Shown here one piece after another: positions 18,790 to 30,482 of a stretch of 64,000 nt of DNA. Position numbers and translations under genes: made by a program. Source of the DNA: Macrostomum lignano (Eukaryota). The stretch is from the NCBI GenBank assembly GCA_002269645.1, contig NIVC01000396.1:62001-126000 (forward strand), written 5' to 3'. Under the pieces are notes generated by a model, which did not search any database, was not told where the DNA came from, and worked only from the letters and a program-made list of their open reading frames with translations. Position 1 is the stretch's first letter. Each line of letters starts with the position of its first letter.

Positions 18790-19190
18790 TGACAATCCAT
18801 TCTATTCCTTGAACCATGTTGGCTAGATTAGCAATCCATTCTATTCCTTGAACCATGTTGGCTAGATTAGCAATCCATTCTATTCCTTGAAGCATGTCGG
18901 CTAGATTAGCAATCCATTCTATTCCTTGAACCATGTTGGCTAGATTAGCAATCCATTCTATTCCTTGAACCATGTCGGCTAGATTAGCAATCCATTCTAT
19001 TCCTTGAAGCATGTCGGCTAGATTAGCAATCCATTCTATTCCTTGAACCATGTCGGCTAGATTAGCAATCCATTCTATTCCTTGAACCATGTCAGCTAGA
19101 TTAGCAATCCATTCTATTCCTTGAACCATGTTGGCTAGATTAGCAATCCATTCTATTCCTTGAACCATGTTGGCTAGATTAGCAATCCAT
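18790..19190. repeat. 39-bp minisatellite downstream of the calcineurin B stop, ~10 units
   Basis: AATCCATTCTATTCCTTGAACCATGTYRGCTAGATTAGC repeats. Confidence 0.95.
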
Positions 19191-19369
19191 TTGTAAAACA
19201 TTTGACTTACGTAAATGAATTCGACACAAAGGTTGTGTGCTTATTTGTTTAAAAAAACTAGAGATGGCTAAGCATCTCTCGATTTGTTTTGCTGCAAATC
19301 ACTGATTGTCCACCCAGAGACGGGGAGTCTGTCTGACTAATCAGAGGATTGATGGGGGCTAAAATCCGA

Positions 19370-22300
19370 TCAAATATCAATGGTCATCTTCTTGTGCACG
19401 TCCATGGTGCCGACCAGGTCACAGAATTCGCTGAACGAGATTCGACCGTCGCCGTCTTTATCGGCGAAGATGATCGTCTTGTCGACGATCTGCTGCAGCT
19501 GGGCGTCCTTCAGGTTGCTGCCAACCATCATCTTGAGCACCTGGGTGGAGGCGAGCAGTGAAGAGTAAAAAGACTTTCTTCAATATATCCATCACGTGCG
19601 AGGTGGTTAAATGCAGAGTGAACTGCAGCTCAGAGCTGCTGCCCAATCACAGCAGAGTGAACTGCAGCCCAGAGCTGCTGCCCAATCACAGCAGAGTGAA
19701 CTGCAGCTCAGAGGTGCTGCCCAATCACAGCAGGGTGAACTGCAGCTCAGAGCTGCTGCCCAATCACAGCAGGGTGAACTGCAGCTCAGAGCTGCTGCCC
19801 AATCACAGCAGAGTGAACTGCAGTTCAGAGCTGCTGTCCAATCACAGCAGAGTGAACTGCAGCTCAGAGCTGCTGCCCAATCACAGCAGAGTGAACTGCA
19901 GCCCAGAGCTGCTGCCCAATCACAGCAGGGTGAACTGCAGCTCAGAGCTGCTGCCCAATCACAGCAGGGTGAACTGCAGCTCAGAGCTGCTGCCCAATCA
20001 CAGCAGGGTGAACTGCAGCTCAGAGCTGCTGCCCAATCACAGTAGGGTGAACTGCAGCTCAGCTTACTTTGCCCGTCGCTCACGGTAGTTGCCTTTTGGG
20101 GCTATTCAGCTGCGTACTAACCACCGCTAACTCTGCTTAACTCAGAGGCTAGTTTCCAAAGAAGAGCTATAGTAGACTCGTGAATATTTTGAGGCGATGT
20201 ATGCAAAATAGTGATCAAAGCAAAGAAGTTCTTACGTGAATTCGAATTCGATTCAACACACGCTTCATAAAGCCTTGCCTAGCCACTAGCACTTTTAATA
20301 AGCCTCAACTATTCGAATACACGCAAGCAACGAGGAACTAAGATAGGACAGGCTGTGCTTAACAGACTGTACGAGTATCCATTAAAATCGCTACGGCAAC
20401 CTGCCTACAAAGAAGCCTCCCCGTGTGTTTATCTAAGTGCCTCATCAGCTGCCGCAGCTGCTCAGCTTGCAATTAAAGAGAAGACAAGAGATGGAGAAGA
20501 GAGATGGAAAGAGATGCGCTCAGCAGCACTCAAGAGGTCCCGCTGCTGCAATCTATCTGCGTCAGTCCTCCCTTCTTGACTCGAGAGAGCTTATAAGCCA
20601 TAACCCGCGTCTGGGGTCAGCAGCGCGGCAGCCCAGAAAGAATCAAAGGCAATCCGCGGGAAAGGCCGCGATGCCTGATCAGGATCGGCTATCCTTTGTC
20701 TCCTTATTTACAGGAATCGCCCCCAGGCGGTGATCTACTTTATTCAGCCGGCTATGCCTCTGTGGCCGTCCTGATTGACTCTGTCCCCTTTTTTCTCTCC
20801 CTTTAGCCAGAAATTCTGCTTGCTCCGCTGAGCTCGCCTCCCATTCCCAATTTATCCTAGCTGCATAGGAGGCTTCTCTCGCGGTTCGAGCTGAGGGGGA
20901 GGAAGTGGGCGGATAAGAAGGCGGACCGCAGGAGGCCGTAGCTGAGACGATATTTTTGTCTGCTAGGGAGTTGGGGAGCAGCGGAGCGGAGGCCATGCGA
21001 CTCTTAGACCGAGAATGGTCACGCATTCACTGTCAAAAGAGGGTCCCAGACTAATGGAAAGGTGGCAGCAGTCGCAACTCCTTTTCTTCTCCTCTCTCTC
21101 CTCTCGCTTATCAGCTGAGCTCCCTTGAGTCGTCAGAACCGAATCAGAGATTAACGGATCATGAAAAAGAGCAGTGCAAGCGAGTGAGGAATCACGGTCT
21201 CAGAACTGGACTGCGGAGAGTTAGCGGCTCCGAGCGATCAATGAGAATGGACGAGAGAAACAGAGGAGACAGGATGAGAGAGCGAGAGTAAAGAGAGAGG
21301 AGAATGTACATGAAGTGACCAGGATCAGAGACGGTGACGCATCAGACACAGAAACAGAGATCGGAGACGGTGACGCATCAGACACAGAAACAGAGATCGG
21401 AGACGGTGACGCATCAGACACAGAAACAGAGATCGGAGACGGTGACGCATCAGACACAGAAACAGAGATCAGAGACGGTGACGCATCAGACACAGAAACA
21501 GAGATCGGAGACGGTGACGCATCAGACACAGAAACAGTGATCAGAGACGGTGACGCATCAGACACAGAAACAGTGATCAGAGACGGTGACGCATCAGACA
21601 CAGAAACAGAGATCAGAGACGGTGACGCATCAGACACAGAAACAGTGATCAGAGACGGTGACGCATCAGACACAGAAACAGAGATCGGAGACGGTGACGC
21701 ATCAGACACAGAAACAGAGATCGGAGACGGTGACGCATCAGACACAGAAACAGAGATCGGAGACGGTGACGCATCAGACACAGAAACAGAGATCGGAGAC
21801 GGTGACGCATCAGACACAGAAACAGAGATCGGAGACGGTGACGCATCAGACACAGAAACAGAGATCGGAGACGGTGACGCATCAGACACAGAAACAGAGA
21901 TCAGAGACGGTGACGCATCAGACACAGAAACAGAGATCGGAGACGGTGACGCATCAGACACAGAAACAGTGATCAGAGACGGTGACGCATCAGACACAGA
22001 AACAGAGATCGGAGACGGTGACGCATCAGACACAGAAACAGTGATCAGAGACGGTGACGCATCAGACACAGAAACAGAGATCAGAGACGGTGACGCATCA
22101 GACACAGAAACAGAGATCAGAGACGGTGACGCATCAGACACAGAAACAGAGATCGGAGACGGTGACGCATCAGACACAGAAACAGAGATCAGAGACGGTG
22201 ACGCATCAGACACAGAAACAGAGATCGGAGACGGTGACGCATCAGACACAGAAACAGAGATCGGAGACGGTGACGCATCAGACACAGAAACAGAGATCGG

Positions 22301-25300
22301 AGACGGTGACGCATCAGACACAGAAACAGAGATCGGAGACGGTGACGCATCAGACACAGAAACAGAGATCAGAGACGGTGACGCATCAGACACAGAAACA
22401 GAGATCAGAGACGGTGACGCATCAGACACAGAAACAGTGATCAGAGACGGTGACGCATCAGACACAGAAACAGAGATCGGAGACGGTGACGCATCAGACA
22501 CAGAAACAGCGATCGGAGAGTGTGGCCCGCAGAAAGCAGATGCCAACCTGGAAAAGCTCTCCATTGCTAATATAGCCGTCTTTGTCCATATCGTAGATGC
22601 GGAAGGCAAATCTCAGCTTGGAGTCTTTGTCGCCTCGAACGGAGAACTGCGACATGCCTGAAATTTTTGAGAGGGTCGGGGCGGAGGTGCTCAGCTGATG
22701 AATTGGTTGCAGGTGCAGATGGGTTTGGAGATGACGGCAAAGGATATACAGCAAGCCAAACCCCTAGAGTTCGTCAAGGCTGCAATCAGAGCCGCTAAAA
22801 CCCTGAATCGCTTGCTGTGGGATAAATAAAAAATCCTGGCTTAGGGGTAACAGGCGGTAGATGGCGATGAAAAGGGGAATTGAGTGGCTTGCTAAGGGTT
22901 GGTGGCGGGGAGAAGCGCCAAGTTCTACTCCTTGGGGGATTGGATTCTCCTGTCCCCAACTTCAAGCCGAGGCCTGTCCTTTAAATTTCTCCTCGCGCAG
23001 CTCCTCTGTCTCCGGAGACGATGCGGGAGTTGTTGGGAGAAAAGGGGAAGCGCGCTAGTGCCGGGCCAATTAGTGGGGCATATACTCGCGTTCTGCGCTG
23101 GGATGGGGAAAAGGCGAGCTGAACAGAGAAGGCACGGGCGCTGTCGTGAGACCGGAGACTGGACTGGTCACCGCCCGTCCACCTCTCACCCCCCACCTGG
23201 GCAATAAAAACTGCAATTAACACAGGTGTGGCCGAACCTACCTGTGCGCCAGTCCTCACCTGACTGCGGATCGTTAAACTCCCCCCTCCCTTAGAAGCTT
23301 GAACCCCTCCCAGTCTTCAGGGAAGATAAGGCCCGGCGGCCGCTATTCAAGTCGCCCACCCGTAGCCAAATCTGAGCACTGGTCACGCACAGGATGCACT
23401 ACAATCTTCCATGATTCATTTGAATCAATAAAACCCACATTGTCACAAATCAGATGTGTACATTCTGTCTGTGTCTTGGGGTCTGATCCTCATGGGTGTG
23501 CATGAATTGAACGACAATCCAATGTACGGAATCGAATCAGGAGTCGTGGCCGTTGAGCTGCTCTGCCTCTTATCGCTTCGCTACTCAACATCCCTTCAAA
23601 ATAAGTCTTAGCAGCCCTCAAAAAGCTGTTTTTCAAGTCCAGCAAAGAAGCTCAATTAAACTACGTCTCGTAGTCGGATGAAGTTTCTGTTGATTTAGCT
23701 GTGGCATTAACACTTCTCTAGTGGACCATAAACTTTCATTGAAACCTTCAAACATTTGCCAGCAGGGTATTTGCCAATTTGCTCTGTCATGATTAAACAG
23801 ACCGGTGCAGTCTGATTCGGCTTCTAGCAAACACAAGCATCGTTTGAGTCCCATCCCGAGCTAAAAAATGCTTTCTTGCGAAGGAAAAAGAGCCAGGACC
23901 GAGTCTTCAGTGATGCGACAGAGCAAATACTCGTACGACGGTGGGAGTAAATAATGTTTTTAAAAAGCAAAGCACAGCAAGGCATAGCCAGGATTCGGAG
24001 ATGGCTCGTATCTGCCACCACAAGCACGCAAGTCCGAAATTCAAAAGCACAAAATTGATAATACAAAACACACGCCTGCGTTAACTCCTATAAGTAACTC
24101 CTTTTTATGACGAGCTACTTCGGAATGAAATTCCAATCGGTTGGAAGTGCGAGAGGGGGAATCTTTGAAAACAAAGATTCCAGAGTCTGAAGGGTTAGTA
24201 AAAGGAAAAAAGGGATTACCGAATAATCAAAGCAAAACTCATTCGATAGAATTAAGAGATTGACTGCTAGCGACCTCTCTGCCCGCCACTTTCTCTGAAA
24301 TTTTAATAGCTATTGCCTTCCATTATCTCACCAATCTATCTTTTCCTACCTATGAGCTCGCTCTCTCCTCTCCTTTCTCTCCTCTCTCCTCTCCCCTCTC
24401 CCCCTCCTCTTCCCTCTCCCTTCTCTCCTTTTTCCTGTTTCAATTCTGCCTTCTTTTATGTACGTTTGCTTGTTGAGAGCTTGTAGTTTCAATTTTACTC
24501 CTATAGACTTCACTTCATTTTCCAGCCTCCTTAAATCCCCAGTCTCCAATTACTCCTCTTTCTCTCTCTCTTAGCTCGTATAGAGACAACTTGGACAGAA
24601 GCAATGCATTAGCAAGAAACCCGAGGAGCGAAAAAACAAAAACTCAGAAAAATCGCCGCCGAACATTTTCGTTTCCTTCTGAACGAAAAACTAAGCAGAG
24701 TGAAATCTAACGCCAGCTCCACCTCTTCGCAGCCTCCGTCAGTTTCCCAGACCCCGCCCTCCGCATCCAACTCGATCAGTCTTAGGCTGTTTAATTAACC
24801 TCCTGCAAAAGAGACAGTTAAAGGAAATAGGAGGCCCAGCTCCTATTCAGCTGGTCTCAAGAATCCCCAGAGCCTCAATACTGAAGCTGACAAAGCACTT
24901 CAGGGCTGAGCATCGCGACTGGGCAGCCAAAGTCCCGGCACTAAAAGACAAAGTAGACTCTCCGCAGTCCGCAGAAGATGAAGTGCGAGAGAAAGACGGA
25001 AATGAAAAATGAGAGAGGATTGAGAATGTGCTGGGATTTAAGATGGCCGGTCAGGAAACTCTTCTAGGAGCAGGCAAAAGCAGTGCTGCTGCTAATCCCG
25101 TCCTGAAACTTTTGCCGCCCTCGATGGCATAACGGGAAGTGACAGGCTCGATTCGACTGCACGCGTCTGTCCAGTGGGAATTATGCTAATTTCTATTCGG
25201 CACCCTAATTGCTTGTCCAGTGTCCGAAAGTGTCTGACTCGATGGGTTCCTTGATGGCTTATCTAATGAAACACTGAACTTTGAAGCCGCGTGGGTGCTT

Positions 25301-26458
25301 ACTGGTCAGCAAGAATGATCAGCAAGATTCGCGACCACGAGAGCCAATCCCGAAAAGCACAGAAAGAGCTACACCCTGTGTGAGCGAGTGTTTATCTGTC
25401 AAAGGTCGGGCATGACTCAAGCCTCAGCTGTGACTTCATCGGGCATCTCACAGCATCAGCAGCTACTTGTCATTTAATGCAAAGCTAACCTTTGGGGCAG
25501 AGCAGCTCAGCAATAAACGCATCTGACTTTCGCGTCACGACCCTTGGTTCGATTCCGTGCGTGGCCGCATTCATTTGGGGCTCGTGCGCGGAGATTGGCT
25601 GAGGCAGAGGCTTTGCCACCGGGGGGGGGGGCAGGGGGGACATGCCCCCCAGTAAAATCTATTGGGGGACATGCCAATGCTATGTCCCCCACCCCCACCT
25701 TGTTACCTGTTATGGAAATAAAAAAATTGCCTTAGGGCGACAAAATGAGTGCCTGTGGCGCTAAAATGAGTGCCAGTGGCGCTAAAATGAGTGCCAGCGG
25801 CGCTAAAATGACTGCCTGCGGCGCTAAAATGACTGCCTGCGGCGCTAAAATGACTGCCTGCGGCGCTAAAATGACTGCCTGCGGCGCTAAAATGACTGCC
25901 TGCGGCGCTAAAATGACTGCCTGCGGCGCTAAAATGACTGCCTGCGGCGCTAAAATGACTGCCTGCGGCGCTAAATGACTGCCTGCGGCGCTAAAATGAC
26001 TGCCTGCGGTGCTAAAATGACTGCCTGCGGCGCTAAAATGACTGCCTGCGGCGCTAAAATAAGCGCTGACAACACCGATTCTGAGAATAATGTCATGTAG
26101 GAATTTAGTCATGTACATATGTAGAGTTGCCGTCAGCGCTGGTTGCGGGACGATGTCGCTGAAGACGTTGCGCCAGGATGTGCAGAGCCCTACTGCAGCT
26201 ATTCTTCTTCTTATTGTTATTAAGCTTACCTTCAATGAACTCCTTGAAGTCCACCTCGCCGTTCTGGTCAGTGTCGAAGATGTCGATGACGCGCTGCACC
26301 AGCGGGTTCTGCTGCAGCTCGGGCAGGCGCAGGAATTCGTCGACGCTGAGCGCTCCGCTGCCGTCCAGGTCGATCTTCTTGAATCGCTTGCCTAGTCGGC
26401 GAATCTCCTCGGTGTCGAAGTGAGCGCACAGCTCCGGCAGAGACACTTCGTTTCCCAT
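19370..26458 (-). CDS. PPP3R1: Calcineurin subunit B (four EF-hands, N-myristoylation site), 3 exons, 169 aa
   Basis: complement(join(19370..19540,22548..22657,26230..26458)) = 510 nt. [57 protein letters not shown] / [36 protein letters not shown] / [40 protein letters not shown]. Canonical GT-AG, phases 1 and 0. Confidence 0.97.
19612..20060. repeat. 39-bp minisatellite at the 3' end of calcineurin B intron 2, ~11 units
   Basis: GTGAACTGCAGCTCAGAGCTGCTGCCCAATCACAGCAGR repeats. Confidence 0.95.
21325..22515. repeat. 36-bp minisatellite at the 5' end of calcineurin B intron 2, ~33 units
   Basis: GATCRGAGACGGTGACGCATCAGACACAGAAACAGW repeats; explains ORFs 21221..22609 and 21315..22661. Confidence 0.97.
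25600..26125 (+). mobile_element. Dispersed non-autonomous element, copy 1, with expanded internal 21-bp minisatellite (~15 units, 25735-26058)
   Basis: GCCACCGGGGG..GGGGACATG..CAGTAAAA..GGGGG(A)CATGCCAATGCT..TGTCCCCCACCCC..CACCTTG, then (GGCGCTAAAATGACTGCCTGC)n, then GAATTTAGTCATGTACAT. Homologous to 28043-28275. Confidence 0.6.
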
Positions 26459-28042
26459 CTGCGCTGCGGATTGGACGGGTTGAGATTTCAGGATGGACAG
26501 CAGATTTGGGGTTCGATAGGCATTCGGGAGCAACCTTTATTATATTCTATGGGTGCCCCCAGACAGGCCAATGGCGGAGAAATATTGGTTCAGCTACGAC
26601 AGCCAATGGGCGTTGATAACTTGATATAGCTCTAAAAGCTTGTGCCTAAAAATTTGGCTTGAAATATTTGAGCTTTAAAGACTGTTAGGACCTATAGTAA
26701 CTAGTGAATAAAAGCTGCAATTTCACATGGAAATGCAATTTCACTTATAAAAACTAAATTATAATTTTTTGTAGAAATTAAGATACTTACGATATAGCTT
26801 ATATTTAATTTACTTTTTATTTTAATATGATTTCACTGGAATTTAAATTTGAAAAAGTCTTTCTTAGCTGCTGTCAGTTTCTCAGTATTTTACTAATCAT
26901 AACGTTTCATAGTTAAAGATTGTAGAACTAATGTGCAAATCGAAAAAATGTATGCAGTAGGATTATTTTATATGATATCACTATTAAATAGTTGATAACT
27001 CTTCTAGCAATTTCTAGATTAAAATCCTAATTTTAGCATTTAAATATGCCAATATCTTAATGAGATTTTTTTCTTTTTGAGAATATGTAAAGCATGATGA
27101 AGTAAATGATAAATGGACCATTAATTAAAAAATGGGGCAGGATCAAATGGAATAATCTGAATGCACATTCTGCTTCTTTTGGGCCATCAGAATAATGACT
27201 AAATCAAATTTATTGTTTTTTTAACACTTGTACTGCCACATACAGTATTCAATTGTGTATTCTACATAAAAAAAAATAGCTTTTTTATAAATGATTCTTG
27301 TAGCGTGTATTTAGAATATTTTAATTACTATTTTAATTATATTTTTATTTACGATTTATTTTTTACTATTACTACTTACTATTTGATATCAATATATTAC
27401 AATTGATTAAACTCCAATTTGTATATTTTTGATATTTTTAATCTATATATAAGATGAATATTTTAGGTAGTGCTAGGATAGTCTTCGACAAAATAATTTT
27501 TTAATCGGAAAGGTAATTACGACAAAAGGATCAGAAATGTTATTAAATTCAAGGCCATTCTTCTGAGACGTTAAATTACTATTAAGCTAAAAACGATTTG
27601 ATGTGGAGGACGGGTCCAGTCAGACGACTCGTAGAAATTCAAACGCGAAAATAGATATTCTGAGAAACACAAAATAACATATTATCACGCGCACATTAAC
27701 AAAAAAGCTACTTTACTTGAATCATTATAAAGAAATCTTATGTTAGAAAGACTTTAAAGTATACTAGATGTTTTGATAATTCTATAAAAAATATTATTTC
27801 TATTTACGTTTCTGTGGATTAAATCCGAAAATTTTGCCTTGCAAACTCTAGAGCTGATTTATTGTGCAATGTTGAGAAATTTAGTTGAATATACGAACGC
27901 ATACCGTATAAAATATTGCGTATTGGGAATGTAATGCCAAGAAAAAATATCTATTTATTTATATTTACATTTCGAATTACCTTTTTGCCCTTACCAATTT
28001 CGAGTTGTAAAGAAATGTAGATTTTTTTATATTCTGGCAGTA

Positions 28043-28275
28043 GGCAGGCGCGTCGCCACCGGGGGAGGACAGGGGGACATGTCCCTCCTCAGTAAAAGCT
28101 CGGGGGGCATGCCAATGCTTTGTCCCCCCACCCCACCTTGTGAGTCGTTGTGGCAATCAATAGTTTTTCTTCAGGGCGCCAAAATTTGGCGCCTTCCAAA
28201 AGGAATGCTCGCGGCGCCAAAATGAGTGCCTGAGGCGCCAAAATGAGTGCCGAATTCAGTCATGTACATGTAAAT
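28043..28275 (+). mobile_element. Dispersed non-autonomous element, copy 2 (only 2-3 units of the 21-bp motif)
   Basis: Same ordered blocks as 25600-26125, with GGCGCCAAAATGAGTGCC present twice and ending GAATTCAGTCATGTACATGT. Confidence 0.6.
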
Positions 28276-29954
28276 GTTGAATTCTTGGCTTTGTCCTCTC
28301 CACCATAAAATCCATGGCGATGGCCCTGCTTGGCAGGAATTTTCGATAATATGCATATCAGCAGGACAACTGATATACTGAATTAAGTTCTCTCTGAAAC
28401 ATTGCTTGTTGTATAATACTAGTAAAGTAGTCGTCTGCCAATACAAGCGGAGCACATCGTTTCGCATTCTATACATGTAGTCAAGGTTCTGATTTTAAAT
28501 ATAAAGTATATATTTTTAGCATTCAAAGTTACAGTACAAAGATTAGTTGAATATACCGATGAATTTGGAGGCTGAGTTCTGCAGCATCATGCAGCAGGAT
28601 TTTTAATATGGGGAGGCGCATGTCATACCATGCATCCCTGGGCATCACTTTCTGTTCTCAATTTATGATTTTAGCGCTCAACTTTTTATTGGTTTTAGTG
28701 CACCGGTGGATTGGAGGGATGATGATAGTTGTAGCTGCGAGTATTGGGATTGGGGGATCGAGAAAGACCGCCTGTTCTAAAAGGTTACTGATGATTGATC
28801 ATTATCATTTGCAGACATGCCGCATAAGTTTGCTACTTGGCTCAAATATAAAACACACAAGTTTTTTAAACACAAGTTTAATAGTAGAGAAGTTATAGAG
28901 GTGATGGTAAAATCTTGACAGATCAGACGACAGATGCTAGTGTAACTAAAGTAACGCTGCTCGTCGTGTTTCCTATAGCGAGACAGATAGTTTAGCGGAT
29001 AGTTTACAGACAGTACAGACGCGCAGACAGTTTGCGAGTCTCAGACACCGAGATCGATGCAGTGAAGAATCAAAAGTGAAATCCGCCAGACGGCTGAGGA
29101 GCACACGAATATACTTCTGGTGTCGGCGGCGCGGTGGCGGGCGTGGCGGCCAACCCTGGCGATTGATGAAGGCCGGCCCTGCGCCTCGCCCAGCAGACGG
29201 TTTGGAGATCAAACGAATTCGCCGCGTCCGTTTTTAGCTGCAGCAGACCGCGTGTTGGCTATCTATTATCTAGCGAGGGACCACCGAATGCTCGGTGGTC
29301 TGATGCACCGAATGCTGCTATCTTGCTTTTCTTTCTAGCTGCTTTTTAGACACGCAGCAACTTACACTTTCTCTTGTTGTCTTGTTAGATATTTAGCCAG
29401 TTGGAAAAATTAAACACGAGGACTTATTGGACATCATTCCTTCTGCTATAACGACGGTCGACGATCTTATAAGGCTGGCATGACGTTTTGTACTAGCTGG
29501 CGTTATGAGTTTATCGACTTAAACAAAAGAAAAATGCGACTGTCTCTCTTTAATGGCGTCGGCGCCATTGTCACAAGCAATCGCTAGTTGATTCAATGCG
29601 TTCTACAAAACCAAACGCTTCAAACAAACTTTTCATAGGACGCCAGTCTTTACTTCCTGATTCAACGATAACTTCTGTGGTCACAGATCAGGCTTGCATA
29701 ATAACTCTGAGGTCTTTAATTTGAAACATATGATTTTTGTATTTTTTATCTCAGATTTATTTGCATAAATAAAACATTTAATTGTATTTTACATGTCTAA
29801 AACTTAAAGTAAAGCAATTCGTATATATCAGAAAAGAAAGGTCATTCAGTACTTTCTTTGATGAAAAACTTTTTAGCTCTATTTCTTATAAATTCTAGTT
29901 GGGATGCCGTCAACGTGTTTGCATGTATATACAGCGCACGATATGCAAGTCCGG

Positions 29955-30482
29955 TTAGTAGAATCCACCCGAGTGCATGACAGCCGACCAGTGCGCCAAA
30001 GTGCATCGATCTCCTCCATCAATCGATCTCGTCGACTGGTCTGCTGCTTGCGTAACCGGCGTCGCCGCGGCAGCAGCGGCAGCGGCGTCTGCGGCAGCCG
30101 AGACTGTCTGCTGCATGTACGCTGTCTGCGGCAGCTGCGGCGTCGGCGCCTTGGTTAGCGGAGGAGGCATCGGCGGCGGCATCAGCGTCGGCGGAGGTGG
30201 CGGTGGCGGTGGAGGGATTTTAACAGCAGCTACAGCTGCGGCAGCGGCAGCCCAGGACGCGGTCAGGGCGGTCAGATGCGATTGGGAAGAGGCCACCGAG
30301 TACTGCGGAGCTGGCAGGGAGGCTGCTTCAGTTTGCGGCCGTCGATTTGGGTGCGTCCAGAAGCTGGCGGGCAGGCGGCGGTCTCGCAGCGGCACTGTGA
30401 TCGGGTACAGTGGGCGAACCCTGACGCGCAGCTGGCGACGTCGCTGAATTCCGCCAGAGCTCGATGACGTCGATGGGGTCGC
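29955..30482 (-). CDS. Terminal coding exon of a Pro/Ala-rich protein carrying a FAM181/YAP-type omega-loop motif (PLRDRRLPASFWTHP)
   Basis: Open from acceptor CCAATCAG (30483-30490), phase 0: ATPSTSSSSGGIQRRRQLRVRVRPLYPITVPLRDRRLPASFWTHPNRR... to stop at 29955. No ATG precedes the motif in this exon; the 5' part is unresolved. Confidence 0.6.
   Translation of the reverse strand, partial: ATPSTSSSSGGIQRRRQLRVRVRPLYPITVPLRDRRLPASFWTHPNRRPQTEAASLPAPQYSVASSQSHLTALTASWAAAAAAVAAVKIPPPPPPPPPTLMPPPMPPPLTKAPTPQLPQTAYMQQTVSAAADAAAAAAAATPVTQAADQSTRSIDGGDRCTLAHWSAVMHSGGFY

Noticed and set aside
16896-22661. Long repeat ORFs ([38 protein letters not shown])
   Set aside because: Translations of tandem arrays lying in introns or spacers, often open in several frames and on both strands because the unit has no stop.
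20150-25500. Possible nested gene or degraded retroelement in calcineurin B introns (20150-21320, 22760-25500)
   Set aside because: ~50% GC with short ORFs, but I found no RT, endonuclease or other motif; needs a TBLASTX/RepeatMasker check.
28973-29212. ORF with HQKYI resembling the FAM181 HRKYL motif
   Set aside because: It lies downstream of the omega-loop exon's stop (wrong order), has no ATG, and the similarity is only 5 residues.
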